From positions 608,001 to 672,000 of the forward strand of contig CAWCIZ010000003.1 of the NCBI GenBank assembly GCA_963795855.1: a DNA stretch of 64,000 nt, given 5' to 3'. The notes under the pieces are model-generated. The model saw only the letters and a list, made by a program, of their open reading frames with translations. It had not been told where the DNA came from and did no database searches. This DNA is from Vulcanimicrobiota bacterium (lineage in GTDB: Bacteria; Vulcanimicrobiota; Vulcanimicrobiia; Vulcanimicrobiales; Vulcanimicrobiaceae). The position numbers and the translations under genes were made by a program. Shown in pieces: positions 8,187-19,066 of this stretch (positions within the stretch are counted from its first letter, which is position 1; each line of letters starts with the position of its first letter).

Positions 8187-10740
8187 CTACGCTTCTACCC
8201 ACCCCCGACTGCTTGCTAACGCAACCGCTTCTCGGCGCCCGCTGCAGCTCGACTTGCGGCAAATCGATCTAATGTGCGTGTCGACGGTGTGCGGACTACG
8301 CGCGGTGCGATTCGCGATTTCCTTTGTGCTCGCGCCCTTGGCAAGCAACTGCAGCACTTCGCGTTCGGCCGCCGTAAGCGTCGTGTAGGCACTCTGCGCA
8401 GTCCCGATTGGCAACGCTTGCAGCATGCGCGCGATGCCGCCGAAGTGTTCGCCGCGCAGCCGCTCGAGCGCGGCGGCAAATTCTGCTTCCTCGGCTTGTC
8501 CCAATCGAATACGGTAAATTGCGCGCACCGCATGCGCGAACGCGCGCATCCTGCCGGTCGATAAAGAACGTTCGGCATCCGCAAGCAGACGATGAGCAGC
8601 CGCGTCGTGCCCCCGCAGCAGCGCCGTGAGTGCCAACGTCAGCCGTGCGCGAACGACGTGCTTGTTCGACGGAGAGCATGCTTCCAGACCCTGTAGGGCT
8701 TGCTGAAAATGCGCGTCTTGCTCGCTTTGCAGACCGGCGGCCGTTGCGTAGAGTGCCGCGTCTGCTTCGCGAAGCGTTCGCTGCTCGATCGTGCTCTGCT
8801 CGGGCGCCGTTTCCGCGATGGTGGCGTACGCGGCCGCGAAATCCGCCGCCCATGCGGCGCGGAGCGCATCCATCGCGACGAGCGTCGTCGCCCGCAAGCG
8901 CGGCAGCATCCCCGGCCGTTCGTGCAGCGCTTCGTCCAAACGCTCCAGCGCTTCATCGCTTCCGCGTTCGACCTCGATCTCGTATTTCGCAACCAGGCCG
9001 AAAAGCAGCGCGTGCAGACTTGCGCCCTTAAGCGCGCACTCGTTCAAGCGGTCCAGTATTTTCAGGCTTTGAATCGGATCGTCGGTCGTGTCGTACACGA
9101 TCGTGTAGAGCACGCTGTACGCGCGCGCGGCCAACTCGAACAGGTTGTTTGCGAGTGCGTACTGTATGGCGCTTTCCGCGTACGCGCGCGCTTTTTCGAG
9201 CGACCCTGCGTAGCGCTCCACGTATGCGGCCTGCTGATACAGGCGCGCACGAGATTCGTCCGCTACGCTGCCGTCGGTCAATTTCAATGCCGCGTCAACC
9301 GCGCGTAGTGCGTCGCCGGTACGCCCCACGCGCAAATATCCGGTTGCGAGCGTTGCGAGCAACGGCGCGCGATAGCGAGCCTCGAGTGCGTCATCGGACG
9401 CGTACGGTTCCAAGAACGCGACGCAGTCACGTCCGAGGCGAACGAGTTCCAGCGCGTAGCGGTGCACGAGCCGCAAGCGAAGATCCGGTTCGTCTTTCGC
9501 GCCGGCGATTGCCGCGAGAAAGCTCGGCTCAGCGATCTCGAAACGTCCGAAGCTTGCGTCGATTGTGGCGCGAAGTCCGCTCACGAGAGCATTGCTGCGG
9601 CGCAACTCATCGGGCAGTACGTCCAGCGCCTGCGAGAGATTCTGCGCTTCGCCGCGCTCGAACAACGAGAATCCGTTGCGCTCGACGATTCGCGCGATGT
9701 CGGAAGCAGCCCGCGCCTTCGTGTACAACACCAGCGCTCCCGCCGCATCGCCGCGCTCGTAGAGTAGGGCGGCGCCGTCGCGCAACGCGGCGAGCCACTC
9801 GCGTTCGCCGGATCGCCGCAACTCCGCTTCTAAAAAATCGCGGAAAAGGTCGTGATAGCGGTAGTTGCCCCGACGCGGTCTCGTGCAGAAACGCGATTTT
9901 GGACCGCAGGGCAGCGAGAAACTCCCAGTCCGCGCCGAGCGCTTCCGCCATTGCATTGTCGAAGCTCGAAAAGATCGAACTGGCGAGCGCAAACGCGCGC
10001 TCCTCGGGCGTCAGAGCGGCGAAAACCTGCTCCGCGAGATAGCGGTACACCATTTCCCGCGTGCTGAAGGCCGCGCTGCGGAGGTCCCTTGCGTGGGTGC
10101 GGGTCCGAATTGCAATCGTCAGCGCAACCGGCCAGCCGTCCGTCAACTGGCGAAGCGCTTCAATTTCATGTAAGTCGAGGCTGGTGCCGGTTTGCGCGGC
10201 GGCTGCGAGCGCTTCTTCGGTCGTAAACCGCAAGTCGTCCTCGCCGACCGCAATGTCCATGCGGCCGTATGCAATCCATGTAGCGACGGGAAGGCCTACG
10301 TCGCTGCGCGCCGCGATGATCCAGTTAATCCGTTCGGTCGTTCGCTCGACGAGGTCGGCGAGCAGTGCGATCGACGCCGGGTCCGCGGCTGCGTAGTGGA
10401 GATCGTCGATTACGATCCTGCACACCGTTTTCTTTAGGTGCTCGGCGAACCAGTCCGAGAGCTGCTGCACCGGCTCCTCGGCCGCGAGCACGCGCTCTTG
10501 CATCGCCGGAAACGCCGCACTCGCGCTGGGCGCGACGGGTTCGAGCGCTTCGCTCAGGCGCCGCACGAATGCGAGCAGCGTGTCGTCTTCGCGCCGCACG
10601 TCGTAGCGAACCGCATCCAAGCGCGCCGTTTCGACGAAGTCGCGCAGCGCTATGCTCTTTCCGAATCCGGCAGGTGCGACGATCAGCGTCACGGGAAACC
10701 GCGTCGCGTACTCCAACCGTTCGTTTATGCGCGCGCGCAT
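8187..10740 (-). CDS. MalT-like STAND ATPase-TPR-LuxR transcriptional regulator, split by a frameshift at 9868-9871
   Basis: Walker A APAGFGKS, Walker B IVIDDLH, TDGWPVAL, YRYHDLFRDFL, C-terminal LuxR HTH (LTAAEREVLQLLAKG..TKEIA..TVDTH). Removing one base from the C4 run joins the two ORFs. Confidence 0.88.
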
Positions 10741-10749
10741 GGGGCTTGG

Positions 10750-12192
10750 CTACGTCAAGTCTTGCGCAGCTTCCCCCACGATTCGGCGCAGTTCGCTCAC
10801 CAAAAGATCGAGATCCGATTCCCGCGTGCGATGGTTCGTAATGCAGACGCGCATGGCGCGCCGCCCGAAAATGGTCGTCGACGAGATCGCGGCGATGCCG
10901 CTCTGCTGAATCCTGACCACGCTTTCATCGGTAAGCGCGTCGATCAGCTCTGCAGGCAAGCCGGCTCTGCGCGGGCGGAAGCAGACGATACTGAGCTCGG
11001 CCGGCGCCACCACTTCGAAGGCATCGTCGTCGGTAAGCTTCGTCGCCAAATACTGGGCTTGATCGCAGTTGCGCTCGATGGCTCGTGCTAGTCCGCCGGC
11101 TCCGTGCTCCTTTATCGTGAACCACACTTTGAGCGCTCGAAATGCGCGCGACAGATCGGGACCGTAATCGGTGAACCACGGTTCGCCGGCGGCCATTCCC
11201 CGCTTCATGCGCGTGATGTACGGTCCTTCGCTTGCGAACGCCGCGCGCTGAGCGGCGCTGTCGCGCACGAGCACGCAGCCGGCGTCGTACGGCACGTGGA
11301 GCCACTTGTGAAAATCGAATGCGATCGAGTCGGCGCGTTCGATTCCGCGCAGCTTCGGCCGAAGGTTTTGCGAAAGGTATGCGGTCGCGCCGAATGCGCC
11401 GTCGACGTGAAACCACAGACGTTCGCGGCGCGCGATGCGGCCGAGTTCGAACAGCGGATCGATCGCGCCCACGTCGACCGTGCCCGCGTTGCCGACGAGC
11501 AGAAACGGATGCAGGCCGGCGCTGCGATCTCGGGCGATTGCCTGCGTCAGCGCATTCACATCGATGCGGTGGTCCGCGTCGATCGGAAGGACGCGCAAAC
11601 TCTCGGCGCCGATTCCGGCGATTTCAAACGCTTTTCGAACGCATGCGTGCGTTGCGGCCGATGCATAGCCGACGAGGCGTTGCGCGTGCGGATCCAAGCC
11701 TCGTTCGCGCACCGCGGCGCCGAGCGCGTGCGTCCGCGCGGTCACCACCGAAGCGAAATTGGCTGCGGACGTTCCCATTACGAGCAGTCCGCCCGCACTC
11801 GAGGGCCAGCCGAAGAGATCGCAAAACCATCGGATGACTTGCCGTTCGACGTACACCGCGCCGTGATCGCGGCCGCCGACGTTGGAATTCATTGCAGCCG
11901 CGAGCATGTCGGCCACTATTCCGGACGGCGTTCCCGATCCGTGCACCCAGCCCCAAAAGCGCGGGTGAATGTTGCCGGTGGCATACGGTAAAATTGCGCG
12001 GGCGAACTCCGCGTAGACTTCGTCGAAGGAACTGCCGACTTCGGGCATCGGCGCAAGGAATTGATTTTTGACTTCGTCCGGAACCGGCGTCCAGACCGGC
12101 CGTTCGCGCACGTCGCGCAGATAGTCGATCGCGTCGTCGAGCGCGCGGTGCGCGCTGCGCCGAAACGCTTCCCAGTCAGCGGGATCCAACAC
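10750..12192 (-). CDS. Group II PLP-dependent amino-acid decarboxylase (aromatic L-amino acid decarboxylase-like)
   Basis: HPRFWGWV, AGTVDVGAIDP, WFHVDGAFG, PLP lysine in DFHKWLHVPYDAG, SRAFRALKVW. Confidence 0.93.
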   Translation of the reverse strand: MLDPADWEAFRRSAHRALDDAIDYLRDVRERPVWTPVPDEVKNQFLAPMPEVGSSFDEVYAEFARAILPYATGNIHPRFWGWVHGSGTPSGIVADMLAAAMNSNVGGRDHGAVYVERQVIRWFCDLFGWPSSAGGLLVMGTSAANFASVVTARTHALGAAVRERGLDPHAQRLVGYASAATHACVRKAFEIAGIGAESLRVLPIDADHRIDVNALTQAIARDRSAGLHPFLLVGNAGTVDVGAIDPLFELGRIARRERLWFHVDGAFGATAYLSQNLRPKLRGIERADSIAFDFHKWLHVPYDAGCVLVRDSAAQRAAFASEGPYITRMKRGMAAGEPWFTDYGPDLSRAFRALKVWFTIKEHGAGGLARAIERNCDQAQYLATKLTDDDAFEVVAPAELSIVCFRPRRAGLPAELIDALTDESVVRIQQSGIAAISSTTIFGRRAMRVCITNHRTRESDLDLLVSELRRIVGEAAQDLT

Positions 12193-13573
12193 GATCGATC
12201 AGCTTTTGAAACGCGTCGAAGATTCGTTGCGCGTGCGGCTGCTTGTAGCCGAACATAGCGGGATCGTCGCCCGCGTGCACGACCATCGCGGGGTCCGCTT
12301 CGAAAACCAGCAGCCGCCCATCCGCGTCGATCGAGCAATCGATTCCGAAATAGTCCAGACCGAGCGTCTGCGCCATGTCGCGCAGCGCCTGCTGAAGCGG
12401 CGGCGCGAATACGCGCTCGAAATTCTCGAGAAAGTGCGCTTCCTCATCGCGCATCCACGCCGTTTCTCGCATCGGCGCGTTATAGTAATGGATCATCCAG
12501 TCCGGAGAGATGGCCAAGTGGTACGGATACGGCACGCGGTCGACGGAGATGATGCGGTATTTCCGGTAGTATCCGTCGGCCGAGCGAAAATCGACGAACG
12601 GCATGACGTAAAACGACTGATGCGGCACGCGCTGAAGATAGGCATGGAGTTCGCCGGCGGTGGAAGCCCGGATTAAATCGCGTCCCGCCTGCGACCCCAC
12701 GGGGCGAACGATCGCCGGAAACGGCGTTTCCGGCGCGCGACGTTCGAGTACCTCGCGGCGCACGCGCGCAGTCGCCGGCACGTGTATCGCGGGGATTTCC
12801 GCGAGCATGCGCGCGACCTCGACGCGATTCGCCGCCAAAATCTTGCGCGGGTCGTTGATGTACGGCAGCCCCATTCGGCGCACCAACTGCAGCGCGAGCG
12901 CAAGCGCTTCGACCGATTCGTCCGATTCGCCGATGGCTGTGAAGACCGCGTCTGCTGCCGGAATCGCAGCGGCCGCTGCTTGCGGCGGCGAAAGCAAGTA
13001 CAACTTGTGCAGCGTCGTCGTGTTGCGATCGACGAGAAAATCGATCGGAACGTTGGCTTGCCAATCGCCGGGAGCGAGCAGCGCGAGCAGGCGGCGTTTT
13101 TCGTTGGGTGCGGATCGCGTGAACAGCGTCTTTCGTTCGAGCACGCGGCGCTGATGATAGAGCGCTTTGGGAATGTTTCCGCCAATCTGCTCGAGTTCGT
13201 ACATTGCCGTGTGCGCGGCGGCGTCGGCGGGATTGCGATCGAGCACACGCTCGTAACAAACCCGCGCGTCGTCGAACCGCGCTTCGCGAACGTTGAGCGA
13301 TCCCAGGCCGTTCAGCGCGACCGCCGAGCCGGGATCCAACGCGAGCGCGCGTTCGAATTCCGCCCGCGCGGCCGCTAATTCCGCGTTTTCCGCGAGAGCC
13401 GTCGCGAGATTCGCATGGAGCAGCGCGAGTTCCGGCTGCGCGGCAATGCCGTCGCGAAATGCCGAAATTGCATCGGCAACGCGTCCTTGCGCATGCAGAA
13501 GCACGCCGCGTCGATTTGCATCGATCGCGGCGGGAAGCGGTTCGGGTGACCGCTGCGCAGCGCAGATGGGCAC
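12176..13573 (-). CDS. TPR-repeat protein with C-terminal ATP-grasp fold
   Basis: Several TPR-like helices, then INDP..I..ANR, FPAIVRPVGSQAG, YRKYRI, LDYFGID..LLVFEADP. Start uncertain (GTG at 13573 or 13504). Confidence 0.8.
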   Translation of the reverse strand: MPICAAQRSPEPLPAAIDANRRGVLLHAQGRVADAISAFRDGIAAQPELALLHANLATALAENAELAAARAEFERALALDPGSAVALNGLGSLNVREARFDDARVCYERVLDRNPADAAAHTAMYELEQIGGNIPKALYHQRRVLERKTLFTRSAPNEKRRLLALLAPGDWQANVPIDFLVDRNTTTLHKLYLLSPPQAAAAAIPAADAVFTAIGESDESVEALALALQLVRRMGLPYINDPRKILAANRVEVARMLAEIPAIHVPATARVRREVLERRAPETPFPAIVRPVGSQAGRDLIRASTAGELHAYLQRVPHQSFYVMPFVDFRSADGYYRKYRIISVDRVPYPYHLAISPDWMIHYYNAPMRETAWMRDEEAHFLENFERVFAPPLQQALRDMAQTLGLDYFGIDCSIDADGRLLVFEADPAMVVHAGDDPAMFGYKQPHAQRIFDAFQKLIDRVGSR

Positions 13574-13582
13574 TGACCTCCC

Positions 13583-14686
13583 GTGTATCAGTCCGGCGTC
13601 GTTGTCCTGGCGGTTCTCTGTTTGTTCTTCGGCGCCTATGCAGCGCGCATGAGATCGCGCGCGCACGCCGCCGAGGCCGGCATCGCCGCAGCGGTTCGGC
13701 GGGAGTCCGACGTGCTGGAAGCGGTGCGCGTGCTCACTGCCGCTTCGCGGCAATCGACCGACGCCGTGGTTGCAGCGCTCGACCGTACGATCCGCGTGCT
13801 CGACGGATCCGTGGACGCGGTGCTCGTGTTCGCGGCGGAAGGTGAAGAACTTGCGTGCGTTTATGCCGGGGGACCGCGCGCGGAGTACTTCGGAAGTTTG
13901 CGAGTGCGGCGCGATCGCAGCGATTCGCTCCCGGCGCGGGCTGCGCTCTGCGGCCATCGCGTCGAACTCGATGCAAACGCCCAGCCGATACTTCCCGCCG
14001 ATCGAGCGGCCGTCGCAGTTCCGATGATCGGCGCTGCCGGTTTGACCGCGGTCGTGTATGCAGCGACGACGCACAGACGTGTGGCAAACGTCGATGCGAT
14101 CGTGCGCGCCGTCGCGCAAGCGTCCGCACCGTACGCACTTGCAGCCGAACGCGAGATCGACCGGCGCAGCGCCACCTACGACGGGCTAACCGGACTCTAC
14201 ACCCCGCGCGCATTTCGCGACAAACTGCGGGAAGACGTGGCGGCTGCACGCTTGGCGCGGCATGCGTCGCTCGCGTTGTGGTTTGTGGATACCGACCGCT
14301 TCAAGTGCGTGAACGACACGCTCGGCCACGCGGCGGGCGACGCCGTGCTCGTGCGCATGGCCAATCTGCTGCGCGAGCACATGGTGCCGGAGCTCGACGT
14401 TGCCGCGCGCAACGGCGGCGACGAATTCTGCGCGATCGTCCGCAACGAGCAGAAGATCGCGGCAATCGAGCGCGCGCAGCGTTTCTGCGCGGCGGTGCAC
14501 GCCTGCAACTTCGACGTCGGCATGCACGTCACGGCGAGCGTCGGCGTCGCCGCCTTTCCGTACGACGCCGCCGATGCCGGCGAATTGCTCGAGATCGCGG
14601 ATGCGGCGATGTACCACAGCAAGCGTTCGGGGCGCGACCGCGTTTCTTTTCGCGTCACGCCGGGCGTTTTCGCAGTCTATTCCTGA
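13583..14686 (+). CDS. Diguanylate cyclase (N-terminal TM, GAF-like region, GGDEF domain)
   Basis: YDGLTGL, DTDRFKCVNDTLGHAAGD, ARNGGDEF, ADAAMYHSKRSGRD. Confidence 0.92.
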   Translation: MYQSGVVVLAVLCLFFGAYAARMRSRAHAAEAGIAAAVRRESDVLEAVRVLTAASRQSTDAVVAALDRTIRVLDGSVDAVLVFAAEGEELACVYAGGPRAEYFGSLRVRRDRSDSLPARAALCGHRVELDANAQPILPADRAAVAVPMIGAAGLTAVVYAATTHRRVANVDAIVRAVAQASAPYALAAEREIDRRSATYDGLTGLYTPRAFRDKLREDVAAARLARHASLALWFVDTDRFKCVNDTLGHAAGDAVLVRMANLLREHMVPELDVAARNGGDEFCAIVRNEQKIAAIERAQRFCAAVHACNFDVGMHVTASVGVAAFPYDAADAGELLEIADAAMYHSKRSGRDRVSFRVTPGVFAVYS

Positions 14687-14734
14687 GAAGCGGCTGAAAA
14701 GCGATTCCCGCGTGGGGCGCGAACATGCCTGACC

Positions 14735-15959
14735 GTGCTCGTCCCGCTATTCTCAATACTCGGGCGTCCCAACGCGCTCGACCGGGAAGTGACCGCCCTA
14801 TCGCCACGCGGCGCTGATGCATCGCACGCCCGCACTGCTCGTGGATCCGCTGCGTGCCGCGGCGGCGCTGCATCTGCAGCAGTTCCGCACGCCGCTGTGG
14901 ATCGTGATGATCGCGCTGCAGATTACGGTGCTGGCGTGGTTTTGGAACGCGGGATTTTCGGCGCGTTTGCGCGACAGGCTGCGGGCAGCCGTGCCGTCCG
15001 AGTTCGCCGTCCGGTTTTGTTTCGGCGCGCTCCTCGCAGGGGTCGATAAACTCGCGGCGTTCGTCCCGCAGGCGCTCGAATACCGTTACATGCGCATCCT
15101 GGATTTGAACAACATCCTCTTTCGAAGTTGGCTCGTTGAATGGATAGCCTCGACGCTGCTCGCGATGGCGATTGCCGGCTGCATCGCTGCCGTGGTCTTG
15201 TGGCTCGCCGATCGCACGCATCAGTGGTATCTCTACACCATCGCCGGCGTTATCGGTTTCACGCTGCTGATTTCTTACGTAAACCCGTACGTCATCGCAC
15301 CGGCTTACTCGCATTTCGTTCCCGCGCCGCTTTCACGGCAGCTAAAAGCGCAGTACGCGCGACTCGAGGACGCCGGCGGCGCGAGCGTGCCCGTTCTGGA
15401 AGCGGAGATTTCGCGGCGTACCCACACGGACTCGTCGTACGTCATGGGTTGGGGCGGCACGCAGCGCGCGGTGATTTCCGACACGATGCTTGCCGGATCG
15501 ACGCCGGCCGAAGTTCGCTATGCGCTGGCGCGCGCGGTCGCTTGGGTGTCGGCAAATACCGGTTTGCACGTCGCGCTCTTGCAAGGCGCGTTTATCGTCA
15601 TCGGCGCCGCGCTGGCCGTGTTCATTTCCGATCGTATCGGTTTTCGGCGGGACGACGATCCGGTTTCGCGTCTGGCGCTGCTGGGCGCGGTGATGGGCGG
15701 CGTGTACTTAATCGCGGTGCCGTTCTACAACGGGTATGCCCGCAGCGTCGATCGCAGCACCGATGCCGCTGCCGTTGCGCTTACCCACGATCCCGCCGCG
15801 GCGATCCGCCTCGAAGTGCGCCGCACGGATGAAGCGCTCATGCCGCTTTGCCCCGACGCGTTCGCGTATTGGTATTTCGATTCGCGTTTGCCGCCGGGCA
15901 CGCGTATCAGCGATCTGCAGGGAACGACGGATTTCTGCAGCGCTACGCAGCGCCGGTAA
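14735..15959 (+). CDS. M48/Ste24p-like multi-TM protein lacking the HExxH motif; probable frameshift near 14810
   Basis: Ste24-like topology with SYVMGWGGTQRAVISDTML, EVRYALARAVAW in place of HExxH, and a C-terminal PPGTRI. The intact ORF is 14817-15959. Confidence 0.7.
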
Positions 15960-16620
15960 AGACGCTGCCCGTCACGCGCGTGCCGAGGTGGTGCGAGGTG
16001 AGCAGTTCCACCACCGTCGCGTGCGCGATGCGTCCGTCGACGATGTTCGCCTGAGCGACGCCCGCGCGAACGCCCAGTGCAGCCGCGCGAATCGCATTGC
16101 GCAGGTCTGCCGGAACGCGCGCATCTTCGGCGATGACGAGCGCTTCGGCCGGGGTGATCTCGGTGATCAGCGCTGCGGTTTCCGGATCCGAAACGCCGCC
16201 GAGGGCGTGAAAGAAGATGGCGCGAACCGCGTCGGTTGCGGCAGCGACGGCGCGCGCGACTTCGTCGGCTTCGACGATCGTGTCGCGCGGAGTAAAGACC
16301 GAGAACGTCGTCGGTTCGATGACGGGGATGTAGCCGGCCGACGTGAGCGTTTGAAGGATGCCGGTCTGCACGTTGCCGATGCCCGCGGGGGTTTGCGGCA
16401 GCATCGCCGCGTCCGCGCCTGACAGCCCCACGGCGGAATTGCCGCTGCGGTTGATGGCGCGCACGAGCGCTCTGCCTGCGCGCCGGGTCGGGGCAACGAC
16501 GATTGGATGGACGCGGCGCTGCGTCAAGAAGACCAAGTCGTCAAAGAACGTCGTGCGGGTCGCGAAGGCCGTTTCCTCGTCCACGCGTACGACGAATGCT
16601 TTGCCGGCAAAACCGTCCAT
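15943..16620 (-). CDS. Degenerate amino-acid-kinase (ArgB-like) fold protein
   Basis: LVRAINRSGNSAVGLSGADA, GYIPVI, ADEVARAVA, IVDGRIAH..ELLT..GTRV resemble ArgB, but the KxGG and HGGG motifs are absent. Confidence 0.7.
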   Translation of the reverse strand: MDGFAGKAFVVRVDEETAFATRTTFFDDLVFLTQRRVHPIVVAPTRRAGRALVRAINRSGNSAVGLSGADAAMLPQTPAGIGNVQTGILQTLTSAGYIPVIEPTTFSVFTPRDTIVEADEVARAVAAATDAVRAIFFHALGGVSDPETAALITEITPAEALVIAEDARVPADLRNAIRAAALGVRAGVAQANIVDGRIAHATVVELLTSHHLGTRVTGSVFTGAA

Positions 16621-16680
16621 CCGAAGACCTCCGCTCCTCTAGTTTATCGACTTATTCCCCGCAAAGATAACGTTCGACCA

Positions 16681-17235
16681 CTACGATTCGGCTCGGGCTC
16701 GATTATTGATCGATTGCATCGCGGCTTCCAAACCCTCGTTGAGCCATCGCTCCACGGCATCCGTGGCGGCTTCGATGAGCGAGGGCAACAGCAAGGTCTC
16801 TTCGGGAGTGAATGGGCTCAGGACGTGGTCGATGCTTTCCCGTTCGGGGCGTCCGACGCCGACGCGAATGCGTGGAAAGCGATCGCTCATCGTTGCGATG
16901 ATGGAACGCATGCCGTTGTGGCCGCCGTGTCCGCCGAACGGACGCATGCGAATGCGCCCAAACGCCAGATCCATGTCGTCATAGATAACGAGCAGCGCTT
17001 CCGGCGGCGTGCGATACCACGACGCGATGAGCCGCAGCGGAACGCCGGAATTGTTCATGTACGACTGGGGCTCGACCAGCACGAGCTTGCGCGCGGAATC
17101 GTAAGCCTGGCGAGCGGCGTCTTTGGTTTTCCACTGTTCGAGATGCAGCCGGCGCGCCAATTCGTCGATTACCATGAAGCCGACGTTGTGCCGCGTGCGT
17201 TCGTATTTTGCTCCGGGATTGCCGAGGCCGGCCAC
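16681..17235 (-). CDS. pth: Peptidyl-tRNA hydrolase
   Basis: GLGNPGAKYERTRHNVGF, SYMNNSG, YDDMDL, GGHNG, RIRVGVGRP. Confidence 0.97.
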   Translation of the reverse strand: MAGLGNPGAKYERTRHNVGFMVIDELARRLHLEQWKTKDAARQAYDSARKLVLVEPQSYMNNSGVPLRLIASWYRTPPEALLVIYDDMDLAFGRIRMRPFGGHGGHNGMRSIIATMSDRFPRIRVGVGRPERESIDHVLSPFTPEETLLLPSLIEAATDAVERWLNEGLEAAMQSINNRARAES

Positions 17236-17264
17236 GATGCGAACGGCCTCGGCGGTTTTTTGCG

Positions 17265-17915
17265 CTATTCCGGCGCTCCCGGTTCCGGTTTGCCGATGAC
17301 TTCAGGCTGCGCTTGCTCCACGGCGGTGCCGGCTTCGGCTTCCTCGAGCGCGCGCGCGGTCTTCGACGATTCGACGGTCACGAGCAGCGTGTCCGGCGGC
17401 GTAAGGAGTTTGAAGTTGGGCGGCAGCTGCACGTCTTCGGCGTTGACGTGCTGGTGAATGCCTAAATTCGTCACGTCGATTTCGAAATGATCCGGCAATT
17501 TGTTCGCCGGTCCTTCGACGTCGAGTTCGTGCAGAACGACGTCCATGACGCCGCCGAGATTGCGCACGCCGTCGGCCGTACCGATGGTGACCAGCGGAAT
17601 CTTCGCGTGTACGTTTTCCGTCGCGGATACGCGCTGCAGATCGATGTGGATAGGCTTGCGCGAAACCGGATCGATCTGCACTTCGCGCAGCAGCGCGGTC
17701 TCGAATTTCTTTCCGCCGAGTTTGAGTTCGATCAGGCCGCTGCGCGCGGCGTGATGCAGCAGGTCGCTCAGCGCGCGCTGCTCGACCGCGATCGATTCGC
17801 TCGATCCGTGCCCGTACAAAACGCCCGGGACCTTTCCCGTGTGCCGCAGCGCTCGGGCTTTCCCGGTGCCGCCGCCGTCGCGCCGCTCGATGGTAAGTGA
17901 AAGTTGTTCTGCCAT
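17265..17915 (-). CDS. rplY: 50S ribosomal protein L25 / Ctc
   Basis: ARALR..GKVPGVLYG, EVQIDPV..PIHIDL, C-terminal Ctc domain; prs-rplY-pth synteny. Confidence 0.95.
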   Translation of the reverse strand: MAEQLSLTIERRDGGGTGKARALRHTGKVPGVLYGHGSSESIAVEQRALSDLLHHAARSGLIELKLGGKKFETALLREVQIDPVSRKPIHIDLQRVSATENVHAKIPLVTIGTADGVRNLGGVMDVVLHELDVEGPANKLPDHFEIDVTNLGIHQHVNAEDVQLPPNFKLLTPPDTLLVTVESSKTARALEEAEAGTAVEQAQPEVIGKPEPGAPE

Positions 17916-17926
17916 GATCATCCTTA

Positions 17927-18949
17927 TTACGAAACGACGACGGGTTCCGGCGCCGGTGGTGCGTCGCTCACGCTTTTTCCGGGCTCTTCGGTAAAGAGTT
18001 CCGAGACGGACCGGTTGGTCGTGATGCGGTTGATCGCGTCCGCGAACGTTTGCGCGATCGAGAGTTGCGCGAATTTGGGATGCTCGAGAATCGCGTCGGG
18101 GAACGGAATCGTGTTCGTCACGACCACGCGCTCGATGGGCGAATCCTCCAGTACGCGGATCGCATCGCCCGCGAAAATTCCGTGAGACGCGACGGTGTAC
18201 ACGTGCGTCGCGCCGCGCGCGAGAATCGCTTCGGCGGCTTTCGCCAGCGTGCCGCCGGTAGAAATCATATCGTCGACCACAACCGCGACCCTGCCGCGCA
18301 CGTCGCCGACGATATCGGTGACTTCGGAGATGTCCGGCTCGGGGCGTCGCTTGAACACGATGGCGAGCGAGCTGTTCAAACGCTTGGCGAACAGTTCGGC
18401 GCGGTGCACGCCGCCCGCGTCAGGCGAGACCACGACGATGCGATCGTCGCAGAGCCCTTCCTTCTTGAGGTAGTTGCACAGCGTCGGCATCGCCATCAAA
18501 TTGTCGACGGGTCCATCGAAAAAGCCCTGAATCTGCGCCGCATGCAAGTCCATGGTCACCATGCGCTTCGCGCCGGCGACTTTGAGCATGTTCGCGACGA
18601 CCTTTGCGGAAATCGGTTCGCGTCCGGTCGTCTTCTTGTCTTGCTTGGCGTAGCCGTAATACGGCATGACCGCCGTGATGCGTGCCGCGGAGGCGCGCTT
18701 TAGCGCGTCGATCATCAGCAGCAACTCCATCATCGAATCGTTGACGCCGTTCCCGTTCGGCGCCTTGCAGAGCGACTGCACCACGAAAACTTCGGAGCCG
18801 CGCACGTTCTCGCCAATCTGCACGCGCGTTTCCTCGTTCTTGAACTTCGAGACGAGCGCTTTGCCGACGTGCAATTTGAGCCGCTTGGCGATTTCTTCGG
18901 CCAGCTGCTGATTCGAGTTACCGCTAAAAACTAACGGATTGTGGCTCAA
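17927..18949 (-). CDS. prs: Ribose-phosphate pyrophosphokinase
   Basis: TTG start at 18949. [44 protein letters not shown]. Confidence 0.97.
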   Translation of the reverse strand: MSHNPLVFSGNSNQQLAEEIAKRLKLHVGKALVSKFKNEETRVQIGENVRGSEVFVVQSLCKAPNGNGVNDSMMELLLMIDALKRASAARITAVMPYYGYAKQDKKTTGREPISAKVVANMLKVAGAKRMVTMDLHAAQIQGFFDGPVDNLMAMPTLCNYLKKEGLCDDRIVVVSPDAGGVHRAELFAKRLNSSLAIVFKRRPEPDISEVTDIVGDVRGRVAVVVDDMISTGGTLAKAAEAILARGATHVYTVASHGIFAGDAIRVLEDSPIERVVVTNTIPFPDAILEHPKFAQLSIAQTFADAINRITTNRSVSELFTEEPGKSVSDAPPAPEPVVVS

Positions 18950-19066
18950 ACGGGAATCTCCAGGGTAAAGGCAGGCTCGGCTCCTGTTCCGGGGCTTCGG
19001 CGCCCAACCCTGGCGCGACGCGGCGCTGCAACCCGGCGAAGCCCCGAGCCTGTCGAAAGGTGTCGA

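Noticed and set aside
9860..9880. Programmed frameshift in the STAND regulator
   Set aside because: Only a C4 run with no slippery heptamer or obvious stimulator, and similar indels occur across the window.
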